Translations under genes and position numbers: made by a program | Notes under the pieces: model-generated | Databases searched by the model: none | Told to the model about the DNA's origin: nothing | What the model saw: only the letters and a program-made list of their open reading frames with translations | NCBI GenBank assembly: GCA_023700255.1 | Contig: JAJPRD010000003.1 | Location: forward strand, 41,779 to 105,778 | DNA length: 64,000 bases | Source: Candidatus Thalassarchaeaceae archaeon | Lineage (GTDB): Archaea > Thermoplasmatota > Poseidoniia > Poseidoniales > Thalassarchaeaceae | Direction of reading: 5' to 3' | Shown: in pieces, positions 1-8,536 of the stretch | Position numbering within the stretch: the stretch's first letter is position 1 | Layout: each line of letters begins with the position of its first letter

Positions 1-12
1 CTTCGCAGAGCC

Positions 13-1215
13 ATGGTGGAACAAGTAGAGGTTTCAATACGAGCTTCATCTATTGAATATGCAATTAGAGATGTAGTAGTTCCAGCAATCGAATTAGAGA
101 AACAAGGTCATGATATTATCCGATTAAATATCGGTGACCCGTTGGCATATGATGGATTGCCAACACCAATACATATGATTGATGAGTACAAGAATGCTTT
201 AGATAGACAAAATAATGGATACGGTCCATCATATGGTTTAGATGAATTGAGAAAGGCCATATCATTATCTGAATGCTCCAAAGGATGGGATTGTAATTCG
301 GATAATGTTTATGTTACACACGGTGTAACTGAAGCTCTACAAGTTATTTTTGCTGCATTTCTTCAAGAAAATGATACAGTACTAGCACCAGGACCTCATT
401 ATCCACCGTATATGGCTTATCCACAAATGTATGGTGCAAAAACGGTTGAATATAGGCTTAAATCCTCTGATAATTGGGGAATTGATTTAGAAGATATCCG
501 CAGAAAAATGAATGACTCAGTAAAACTTCTTGTTTTGATTAACCCTAATAATCCAACAGGTAATATTGCCACTAGGTTCGAAATTGAACAGTTAATTGAG
601 ATCGCTGAAGAATGGCCTAAATGCACAATTATTGCGGATGAAATATATGATGGTTTAGATTTCTCTAACTCATTTATTTCCGTAGCTTCAGTTTCTGAAA
701 AAGTCCCAGTGATTACCCTTAATGGTGTGTCTAAAGTGTATTTTGCACCTGGTTGGAGAATAGGATATATGGCTTGGCATGACCCAGAAAATAGACTTTC
801 TCTCGTAAGAGATGGTGTTGAAAGAATACTGCGCAGCCGTCTTTGTGCATCTACTCCTGCTCAGTATGGCTATTTGGCCGGATTAGAAAGTTCCCATGAT
901 TGGCTTTCTTCGCACCGTGCTTTAACTGAAAAAAGAATGAATTATTGCTTAAAACGTATTAATGAAATTGATGGGATTTCTTGTGAGAGCCCTCAAGGCG
1001 CATTTTACTTGTTTGTACGATTAACCAAACCCGAACATTTCAAAGATGACAAAAAATGGGTTTTAGATTTATTGCATCAAGAACATGTCTTAGTGGTTCA
1101 TGGTTCTGGTTTTTCTCCTGAATTCGGCGCAGGTCATTTTCGAATGGTATGTCTTCCTCAAATTTCAGTGTTGGAAGAAGCTTTTATTAGAATTGAACGA
1201 TTTTTGAGTAGTTGA
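13..1215 (+). CDS. PLP-dependent class I/II aminotransferase (aspartate/alanine aminotransferase family)
   Basis: 400-aa ORF with motifs 'LVLINPNNPTG' and 'IADEIYDGL'. PLP-lysine context 'LNGVSKVYFAPGWRIGY' and C-terminal 'GHFRMVCLP' are typical of fold-type I aminotransferases. Confidence 0.85.
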   Translation: MVEQVEVSIRASSIEYAIRDVVVPAIELEKQGHDIIRLNIGDPLAYDGLPTPIHMIDEYKNALDRQNNGYGPSYGLDELRKAISLSECSKGWDCNSDNVYVTHGVTEALQVIFAAFLQENDTVLAPGPHYPPYMAYPQMYGAKTVEYRLKSSDNWGIDLEDIRRKMNDSVKLLVLINPNNPTGNIATRFEIEQLIEIAEEWPKCTIIADEIYDGLDFSNSFISVASVSEKVPVITLNGVSKVYFAPGWRIGYMAWHDPENRLSLVRDGVERILRSRLCASTPAQYGYLAGLESSHDWLSSHRALTEKRMNYCLKRINEIDGISCESPQGAFYLFVRLTKPEHFKDDKKWVLDLLHQEHVLVVHGSGFSPEFGAGHFRMVCLPQISVLEEAFIRIERFLSS

Positions 1216-1219
1216 TTTA

Positions 1220-2317
1220 ATGAGCTTTTTTGGTTTCTTCAAAACAAAAGATTCAGATTTGACTGAAAGAATCAAAAACCGGTGGAAAATTCTCTCAAAC
1301 GGCTTTATCATTGATTCTAAAATGAATGATAATTTAGTTTGGAAAGTTGATATTAATTTCTTTGAAGACTTTTTTTCGGGTATTGAGGTAAGAAGTGGGC
1401 AGAGTTTGGGAAGACGTTTGGCTCATGCATCTTCTGAATCGGAAGAATGGTTAATGTCTGCTTCTAATGTCAAACCTCCTAATGGTAGAGATCCTAAAAA
1501 ATGGAAAGATACCAGGCATGATTGGGAAGAAAGAGGTTTAGGTTTATTCGAATTAGTTGATGACGGGAAAGAAATTAGAATGCATATCAGTCATCCGATT
1601 AATGGGCCTATGTGTGCAGGTATATTCTCAGCAATATGGGAATATTCAACTAAATCTCGATTTCGTTTCCGATGGAATCAAAATACTTCTGAAAGCCTAA
1701 TGTTGACTCTATCTGAAGATAGTATGATGATTCCAAAACCCAGCGGATTGAGTATTCCTTGGTTTAACCAAAAAAGCGTATCATCTTCTGAAATTGAACA
1801 TGAATTTTGGGATACATTACTTGCTGATGATGATGGAACTTGGTCAATAATGGGTAATAGGATGGCTATGATTAATCAGGATCTAATTCTTCGTTTTGAA
1901 AGCTATTTCTTACCTCACGTGGATGGTATCCATGAAGGTCGTGAAGGTTCATATTTATGGCATGGATTAGATGAGAAAAAAAGCTTTTTATGGACTATTT
2001 TTTCAGATACAACGAGGGAAATTTTCTTTAATAGTGGGTATCATGTAATTGTTTCTAAAGAGCAAGATTGGATTGTGGTTGGAAAGCGGCACCTTTCAAG
2101 AAATGGTCTAGGTACTATAGACTCAGTGAACTCAATTGATAATTCTGGCGGTGTTGAGATTTATTTCTCATCTTGCTTCCATCCTGCAATATTCTGTGGG
2201 GTTCTAAGCGGATGCTGGGAAAGGGCCTATGGTCGTAACGTAAAGTCTGAATTTAGGGTGGAATCAGATAAGAATGTTCTCAAATTAATTTCAATGGCTG
2301 AGATTGCAAGACAATAA
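1220..2317 (+). CDS. Hypothetical cytosolic protein with two weakly similar halves, each with a Cys/Gly motif reminiscent of V4R domains
   Basis: 365-aa ORF starting 2 nt after the upstream stop, with no signal peptide or TM segment. Motifs 'GPMCAGIFSAIWEYSTKSRFRFRW' and 'AIFCGVLSGCWERAYGRNVKSEFRVE' recur about 190 aa apart. The family assignment is a guess. Confidence 0.5.
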   Translation: MSFFGFFKTKDSDLTERIKNRWKILSNGFIIDSKMNDNLVWKVDINFFEDFFSGIEVRSGQSLGRRLAHASSESEEWLMSASNVKPPNGRDPKKWKDTRHDWEERGLGLFELVDDGKEIRMHISHPINGPMCAGIFSAIWEYSTKSRFRFRWNQNTSESLMLTLSEDSMMIPKPSGLSIPWFNQKSVSSSEIEHEFWDTLLADDDGTWSIMGNRMAMINQDLILRFESYFLPHVDGIHEGREGSYLWHGLDEKKSFLWTIFSDTTREIFFNSGYHVIVSKEQDWIVVGKRHLSRNGLGTIDSVNSIDNSGGVEIYFSSCFHPAIFCGVLSGCWERAYGRNVKSEFRVESDKNVLKLISMAEIARQ

Positions 2318-2370
2318 ATCTCTGCACACGGGGAATGAAACATTATATCACATCCTAAAGACAACTGTAT

Positions 2371-2385
2371 GCCCCCTATGGGGGC
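2371..2385 (+). promoter_or_regulatory. Perfect G/C stem-loop GCCCCC-TAT-GGGGGC between the upstream stop and the SD of the TSP3 gene
   Basis: Read directly: 6-bp all-G/C inverted repeat with a 3-nt loop in an otherwise AT-rich spacer. Function (terminator, processing site or operator) is unknown. Confidence 0.45.
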
Positions 2386-2386
2386 C

Positions 2387-2394
2387 GAGGTGAT
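2387..2394 (+). promoter_or_regulatory. Shine-Dalgarno-like GAGGTGAT preceding the TTG start at 2398
   Basis: The 8-nt element matches the consensus complement of the archaeal 16S rRNA 3' end (AGGAGGTGAT core) and has a 3-nt spacer to TTG. Confidence 0.5.
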
Positions 2395-2397
2395 TAA

Positions 2398-5300
2398 TTG
2401 GCTCTTACACACAATCAATATGCTGTCTCAGCAATCGCAGCAACACTAATTTTAGCAGGTTTTTACACAATCATTGGTGCGGGATTAGCAACAGTATCTG
2501 GATGGGAAGATGGTTCAGTGGATATAGAAACTTCAGATTCTGAGATTCATCAAGAAGGAATAGATACAGATGGCGATGGATTACCTGATAGAATGGAACA
2601 AACTCTCTATGGTACTGATTGGAGACTTTCAGATACAGATAATGACGGTTTAGAGGATGGCTGGGAAATAGATAATGGCCTTGATCCATTAGACAGCGGT
2701 GAAGCAGTAGCTCCCGACCCGCAAACTACAAATCCTGATGATAATGAAGAAAATACTGAGTTGAATGAAACCTTCCCTAATCCTGACAATGGTCCATTTG
2801 GAGACCCAGATCGAGACGGCTTAATCAATGTAGATGAAGCGGCTCTTGGTACAAATCCTAATCTCCAAGACTCTGATGGAGATGGTTTAAATGACCGCTG
2901 GGAATCACTTTATACCTACACTGTAGAAACCCCCCAAGGTCAAATCAAACTTCTTGATCCATTAGATGGCAATTGGGATTGCTACATACTAACCCCAGAT
3001 AAGAAAGCCGAAATCAGAGCAGATATCGGTGCTAGTATTTTTGATGAAATGGGGAATCAGTTTGGGCATTCTTGCGATGCATTATTAGATTTAGAACAAC
3101 CTGAGCCAGATAGTTTAAGGAACTTCGTTGAAGAAAGATATGATACAAATCCATTAGAAGAAGATAGTGATGGTGACTTAATCGCTGACAGGTATGAAAT
3201 TGCTTTTGGAAATATCGATTTATCAGTCCATTGCGGAGTTACTCAGTTTGGCACCTTGACTCTTAAGTCACCTTACCACGAATATATGTCAGGTCCGGGT
3301 GATATGACTTGGTTCGAGGAGGATATGGATGGCGATGGCCGTTTAAATGGTCCAGGTGACTGGGATTCCGATGGAGATGGTATGCCTGATGGTTACGAAT
3401 ACTGCTATGCTTTGGATCTAGAATCTAAAAGATTTTTGAATCCTGCAAATGCTACTGACGCATATGGTGATAGAGATGAAGATGGACTCAACAATGTCGA
3501 AGAATATGAGGTTGCGTATACCTGGGGACCCAATAATTTCACCAGTCCTTTACTCGCAGATACTGATAATGATGGTATGCCAGATGGTTGGGAGCATTTG
3601 AGTGGCATCCATCCTAATGATGATGGTGCAAATGCATTAGAAGATCCTGATTTCGATGGTTATGATGCTGATGGAGATGGTGGCGTGAGGTTTGATGAGC
3701 TTGTAGGAGTCAGTACTGTACACCTTATTTCTGTAGAATTAGGTGATTACGTACCGGTTAACAAGACTATACTCTGGGTCAGGACAGTTCAAAATAGTGT
3801 ATACGTGAATATTCCAGTTAAAACTCAAACAGAAGGTTGGATTTATGAAATAAATGTTGAGGTTGGTGATGAGGTAATGACTAGAACCCAAGATTTAGCA
3901 ATTGTAGTTGAGCAGGATGAAAGATTCACTAATTTAGATGAGTATAATGCTAGAGATAGGGATGGAGACGGAATTACCGATGGTCGTTCAACAAATCCAT
4001 TACTTGAAGATACTGATAATGATGGTTTGATTGATGGAATAGAAGTTATTGGTTGGACTATCAGAGTTGTTGATAATGGAGTAAAGGATGTGCTTGTTAG
4101 GAGCGATCCAGGTGTTTTCGACACTGATAGTGATGGACTATCTGATGCAGTGGAATATTATGAGACCTTTACTAATGCAACTGATCGAGATACTGATAGT
4201 GATGGTTTAGAAGACTTTACAGAGGCTATGGATGGCTTTTTCTGGAATGTAACTGAACAATATTTTACAAATGCCTCTTCATTTGACACCGATAATGATG
4301 GTTTAGCAGATGGGGAAGAGGTCGTTGATGGTCGTGATCAATATATTACTCATGGTAACAATGCTGATAGCGATGGAGATGGTTTAGATGATGGTGGAGA
4401 AGTATTATTCATTCCACGTCCTTGGCAAGCAGCAACCAATCCTCTGATTAATGACACTGATGAAGATGGCCAGCCAGATGGTTGGGAAATGCAAGTATTT
4501 TCTGTTCAACAGAATACTAATAGTCATAGTCTATGGATAAGTAGTACGAATTGGCTACCTCCTGGCTGTGATAATATGTTTGAGTGCGGACTTGGTCCTG
4601 GTGGTTGGGTTTGGACAAACTATGTTCAAGGATTTTCAACCTCAGGTGATAGAGATGGAGATGGAATAATGGATCCGAAATATTTCCTTCATGAGATGAA
4701 TCTTTCTGGCTTTGTCATACCAAATAATGGTAGGTGGGCCCTAGATCCTGCTTATGGATCAATGATTGATAATATTTATGACATTGATAACGACACTCTA
4801 ATGAATCAACTTGAAGCTCCAGATAGGTGGAATACAAATCCAGTTAATGATGATACAGATGGTGATAAATTACCTGATGGATGGGAAGTGTTCTACTCTG
4901 GCGAATCAATATCTTTGGGTCTTGTAGATAACAACTCTCTGAATGCTTTAGGTGCTCGAGGGCCTATGGATCCTTCAATGATTGATTCAGACTTAGACGG
5001 TGTAGATGATGGGCAAGAGGATTTCGATCATGACGGTCTTAATCGCACTAACCTTCTGTATCGATATTGCCCTGGCTGGGATAACTCTCAAAATGCTGAA
5101 TGCCATATTGATCCAATGACCTCTTATGGTAAAAGATTCTATGATGATCTTGAAAATTATACTAACTATGAAGAAATGCAGAATGGTACAAGCCCTATTC
5201 TAAATGATACTGATGGTGACCAATGGAATGATGGTTCTGAAGTATTCCATCAAGATCAAGATGGTGACGGTATGTGGGCAGGATGGGAATATTTCTTTGA

Positions 5301-5445
5301 TTTTGACCCCTTTGACTCTGCGGATGCAAATATTGATTCAGATGGTGATGGTTCATTAAATAAATGTGAAAACAAATGGAATACTAACCCAAAAGATCCT
5401 GTGAGTTTCCCAAGTCAAGGTGAATTGTGCAATCAATTTGAGTGA
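2398..5445 (+). CDS. Membrane-anchored thrombospondin type-3 (TSP3) repeat, Ca-binding surface protein
   Basis: 1,015-aa ORF with N-terminal hydrophobic anchor 'AVSAIAATLILAGFYTIIGAGLATV'. By eye it has at least 20 copies of DxDxDGxxDxxE, e.g. 'DTDGDGLPDRME', 'DTDNDGMPDGWE', 'DSDGDGLDDGGE', 'DTDEDGQPDGWE'. Confidence 0.8.
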   Translation: MALTHNQYAVSAIAATLILAGFYTIIGAGLATVSGWEDGSVDIETSDSEIHQEGIDTDGDGLPDRMEQTLYGTDWRLSDTDNDGLEDGWEIDNGLDPLDSGEAVAPDPQTTNPDDNEENTELNETFPNPDNGPFGDPDRDGLINVDEAALGTNPNLQDSDGDGLNDRWESLYTYTVETPQGQIKLLDPLDGNWDCYILTPDKKAEIRADIGASIFDEMGNQFGHSCDALLDLEQPEPDSLRNFVEERYDTNPLEEDSDGDLIADRYEIAFGNIDLSVHCGVTQFGTLTLKSPYHEYMSGPGDMTWFEEDMDGDGRLNGPGDWDSDGDGMPDGYEYCYALDLESKRFLNPANATDAYGDRDEDGLNNVEEYEVAYTWGPNNFTSPLLADTDNDGMPDGWEHLSGIHPNDDGANALEDPDFDGYDADGDGGVRFDELVGVSTVHLISVELGDYVPVNKTILWVRTVQNSVYVNIPVKTQTEGWIYEINVEVGDEVMTRTQDLAIVVEQDERFTNLDEYNARDRDGDGITDGRSTNPLLEDTDNDGLIDGIEVIGWTIRVVDNGVKDVLVRSDPGVFDTDSDGLSDAVEYYETFTNATDRDTDSDGLEDFTEAMDGFFWNVTEQYFTNASSFDTDNDGLADGEEVVDGRDQYITHGNNADSDGDGLDDGGEVLFIPRPWQAATNPLINDTDEDGQPDGWEMQVFSVQQNTNSHSLWISSTNWLPPGCDNMFECGLGPGGWVWTNYVQGFSTSGDRDGDGIMDPKYFLHEMNLSGFVIPNNGRWALDPAYGSMIDNIYDIDNDTLMNQLEAPDRWNTNPVNDDTDGDKLPDGWEVFYSGESISLGLVDNNSLNALGARGPMDPSMIDSDLDGVDDGQEDFDHDGLNRTNLLYRYCPGWDNSQNAECHIDPMTSYGKRFYDDLENYTNYEEMQNGTSPILNDTDGDQWNDGSEVFHQDQDGDGMWAGWEYFFDFDPFDSADANIDSDGDGSLNKCENKWNTNPKDPVSFPSQGELCNQFE

Positions 5446-5930
5446 AACTTAGTATGTCTTGGTGGATTCTCCCAACAACTGCCGATATAGGTATACGTGC
5501 TTTTTCATCATCACCTGAAACTGTAATTATGGAGTGTGTCCTTGGTCTACAATCTATACAGGTTTCTGATAAGTCTCTTGACTCAATTAATCAATTAATA
5601 CGTTCAACTGGTGTGTGGACTATTCCGTTAAATAATAATGATTTAGAAAGAGGTCTTGTTAAGTTTCTTGAAGAAGTTCTATATCGTGGTACTATTGAAA
5701 ATGAATGGCTAGTTGATTTAATTGTCAAGATAGATGATGGCTCTATTTCTGCTCATGTGTCATGGGTAAATTCAGAATTGGTTGAAAGAGAAATAGAAAT
5801 TAAAGCAGTGACATTGCATGAACTTGTAATGCGGATGATTGATCAAAATGAAATTGTAGCTGGTTTAGAACCTAATATACCTACTTTTGAGGGCCCAGGG
5901 TGGATGGCTCAAGTAGTATTAGACATCTAA
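5442..5930 (+). CDS. Archease (activator of the tRNA-splicing ligase RtcB)
   Basis: N-terminal 'TTADIGIRAF' corresponds to the archease HTADIG motif. C-terminal 'EIKAVTLHELVMR...GWMAQVVLDI' matches the KAVTYH...VVLDV ending. The likely true start is the ATG at 5454 (MSWW...). Confidence 0.8.
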   Translation: MKLSMSWWILPTTADIGIRAFSSSPETVIMECVLGLQSIQVSDKSLDSINQLIRSTGVWTIPLNNNDLERGLVKFLEEVLYRGTIENEWLVDLIVKIDDGSISAHVSWVNSELVEREIEIKAVTLHELVMRMIDQNEIVAGLEPNIPTFEGPGWMAQVVLDI

Positions 5931-7709
5931 TTCTACTTCTTCATCTTCATCTTCAATAGTATCTCTATTGAAATCTTCTAATATCTCTGCGGTTTCTTCA
6001 GCATCATTTGATAAATGATGGACCAGGTAAACTCCACCTGCCATCACAATTATCATTATGGATATTAATATCGGAAGTATAGTCAGGCCAGATGTCTCCT
6101 CTGACTCTTCCCAAGTAATCAATTTAGTAGACATATCGCCTCCTCCAAAAGCATCTGATGTTTCATAGTTAACTAGTTGTGTAGGTGTCAAAATTGTACA
6201 TTTAAGGCTGAATTCCCCTGGGTCATTGTTTCTCCAACTAAAATAAACTTCTACTTGTTCATTTGGGTCTATTTTAAGATTCTGATAGCCACCTATATCT
6301 GCTGCTAATCCCGTTTCAATGATACTACAATCAAAGAATAAATTCGCAGATTCAGTACCTCTATTTGCTAAAGTAGCAGATATTTGTAGAGGACTACCTG
6401 TGTTTGCGGTTTCTTCATTGCTAACTAAATTTAACGCAACCCATTCGATAATTGGTTTGTTTGAAGTCATATCAATTTCTTTTTCCCAGGTAAGTAAGGT
6501 TGTCGATGGACCATAATTGTCTATACCGCTAACTTCCATATTCCAAGCAGTTCTATATTCAATAATTTCAATATTTGCGTTTTCTCTTGTTATTAGACCA
6601 TTAGCCCACCCGATCTCGATGACTCTTGCCTTTCCTCCATTTATGTATGATATTCCATCATTTCCACTATAATTATTCATGTCTAAAATACCTTCTGGGC
6701 TATTACCAATGATTCTATAATGTACTCCTATGGTGTCAAAAATCAATGACTGGTCAGTAATTATTCGTTCCCATCTATCGATTAAAAGCCCCTTTATAGA
6801 TACATCCTCACCATCTTCAGATATACCCCAATTAATTACTGAATATGGTTGAGCCTGTATATAATGGTCTTCTAGGCTTCCTGAAAACTCAGTATTTTCG
6901 ATAGTGATCATCGATTGATCACTTGTTAATTTGATCGGAAAACTGTCTCTTATTATTCCATTTTTAATTATTATGTCACCACTTGAATATATATCTAAAC
7001 CTTTAATCATAGAATTATCTGAAATATCGATTGTACCTGCTGATTCCACTCTGACTCCATTTTCACCATATAGTAGCATATTTTGATTAGGTAATTCATT
7101 TGCTAGATGTTCACTTATTATGTCTCCTGCTATACTTTCTAAAACAATTGATTTGATTATTGGGAAATGTCCATATCCAGTGAAACCAAGCTGAGTCTCA
7201 TATTCACCTTCTGGTATCTCTATCACAAACACCTCGCCATTCATTTCTACAGGGTCCATACTTCCTACATATACGTGACTTCCATTAAGTAATGCACCTT
7301 CTTCAGAATTAATTAATATTCTCAATTCTTCAGAATATCCTGAAGTCGGTACTATTATCGTTGATCTATTATTTTCATCGATTAAACCCATGGTTTTTAG
7401 AGAAGTTGCTCTTTTATCAGAGATGATTTCTGCTTGGCCTATCAGATTTAATTTACCTCCTTCATCTATGGTAATTAGAGATTCAGTAGTAAACGTAATT
7501 GAATTACTTATCGTAAGTTCGCCATTACTTGTTATGTATATGCTTTCACTAATTTCTTGTTCATTTGTCCACTCCATAATTTCATCGATTACAATGGTGT
7601 TTCCATGATTATCCGCAGAAATAGGATTTACAGTAAACATTAGTATTGATAACAGTAGAACTGACACTTGAGCGAATGCTTTGGCATAAGACATGTGCTT
7701 CCGAGACAC
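5919..7709 (-). CDS. Type-I anchored surface protein (signal peptide, beta-helix-like and CARDB-like regions, C-terminal TM, acidic tail)
   Basis: 596 aa. The N-terminus 'AFAQVSVLLLSILMFTVNPISA' looks like a signal peptide. 'GSPLQISATLANRGTESANLFFDCS' is CARDB-like. The C-terminal TM 'LTILPILISIMIIVMAGGVYLV' is followed by 'EDEDEEVELDV'. Confidence 0.65.
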   Translation of the reverse strand: MSRKHMSYAKAFAQVSVLLLSILMFTVNPISADNHGNTIVIDEIMEWTNEQEISESIYITSNGELTISNSITFTTESLITIDEGGKLNLIGQAEIISDKRATSLKTMGLIDENNRSTIIVPTSGYSEELRILINSEEGALLNGSHVYVGSMDPVEMNGEVFVIEIPEGEYETQLGFTGYGHFPIIKSIVLESIAGDIISEHLANELPNQNMLLYGENGVRVESAGTIDISDNSMIKGLDIYSSGDIIIKNGIIRDSFPIKLTSDQSMITIENTEFSGSLEDHYIQAQPYSVINWGISEDGEDVSIKGLLIDRWERIITDQSLIFDTIGVHYRIIGNSPEGILDMNNYSGNDGISYINGGKARVIEIGWANGLITRENANIEIIEYRTAWNMEVSGIDNYGPSTTLLTWEKEIDMTSNKPIIEWVALNLVSNEETANTGSPLQISATLANRGTESANLFFDCSIIETGLAADIGGYQNLKIDPNEQVEVYFSWRNNDPGEFSLKCTILTPTQLVNYETSDAFGGGDMSTKLITWEESEETSGLTILPILISIMIIVMAGGVYLVHHLSNDAEETAEILEDFNRDTIEDEDEEVELDV

Positions 7710-7786
7710 TAATAGTCAATGAATTATTGGGCTCCCTATGGCGTTATGATGCATGGTTTCATGTATAGGTATCTCTTGGACTTACT

Positions 7787-8479
7787 ATGTCTATTACTCC
7801 TGAAGAACCCTTCCCTTCTACAGATATAAGTTCGTTTTTTATTAACGTATTATGTGTGTTATTGATGTATGGCTCCGCGTATCTAGCAAATACTGGTGCT
7901 ATGTTATTTGGTAAATGGATTCCTGAAAAAACAGGAATTCCAGTAATAGTGATTGATGGAGGTCGTAATTACTCCGATGGTCACAGGTTACTGGGTGATG
8001 GTAAATCATGGAATGGATTAATAGGGGGAGGAATTGTTAGTGGTCTTCTTTTCATGCTTGCTCATAAATTATGGAATTCCAATGGTGCCAATGCGCCACT
8101 TGTAGATCCATTGCTTTATGCAGATTCTAATGACTGGTTTTGGTTGATTGAGAGTGATGATAGTGGTTTAATTGCCGCCTTTACTATGGGTTTTGTATTA
8201 GGATTCGCTTGCATGGTTGGAGATATGTGCGGTTCTTTCATAAAGCGTAGAAGAGGATTAAAGAGGGAAGGTGACCAAAGTTCTGAAGCTCCATTGCTAG
8301 ATACTATTCCGTTTGCTATTGCTATATTTATTACCTCCTTTATATTATTTGATGGGCAAATAATCACTCATCATAATCTTGTTGAAGAGATATTATTCCT
8401 ATTACTCGTGACACCAATTATCCATCGTTTATTCAATGTAATTGGATATAAATTTGGCCTAAAAGATGTTCCATATTAG
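7787..8479 (+). CDS. carS: CDP-archaeol synthase (CarS, DUF46 family)
   Basis: 230-aa polytopic protein with 'VIDGGRNYSDGHRLLGDGKSWNGLIGG' and 'GDMCGSFIKRRRGLKREG...APLLDTIPF', matching the CarS conserved blocks. Confidence 0.8.
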   Translation: MSITPEEPFPSTDISSFFINVLCVLLMYGSAYLANTGAMLFGKWIPEKTGIPVIVIDGGRNYSDGHRLLGDGKSWNGLIGGGIVSGLLFMLAHKLWNSNGANAPLVDPLLYADSNDWFWLIESDDSGLIAAFTMGFVLGFACMVGDMCGSFIKRRRGLKREGDQSSEAPLLDTIPFAIAIFITSFILFDGQIITHHNLVEEILFLLLVTPIIHRLFNVIGYKFGLKDVPY

Positions 8480-8536
8480 TTAAAAAGTCAAATCCTTCAT
8501 TAGAATTTATTAATTCCTTGATTACATCGCAAGCGC

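Noticed and set aside
2471-4124. Four minus-strand ORFs (2471-2689, 2607-2828, 3405-3608, 3843-4124) inside the TSP3 gene. They have repetitive 'PSLSVS' and 'SPSSSLS' peptides.
   Set aside because: They are the reverse-complement reading of the DxDxDG codon repeats (GAT/GAC-rich), which happens to lack stops. The plus-strand frame has a coherent repeat-protein signature, and the antisense ORFs have none.
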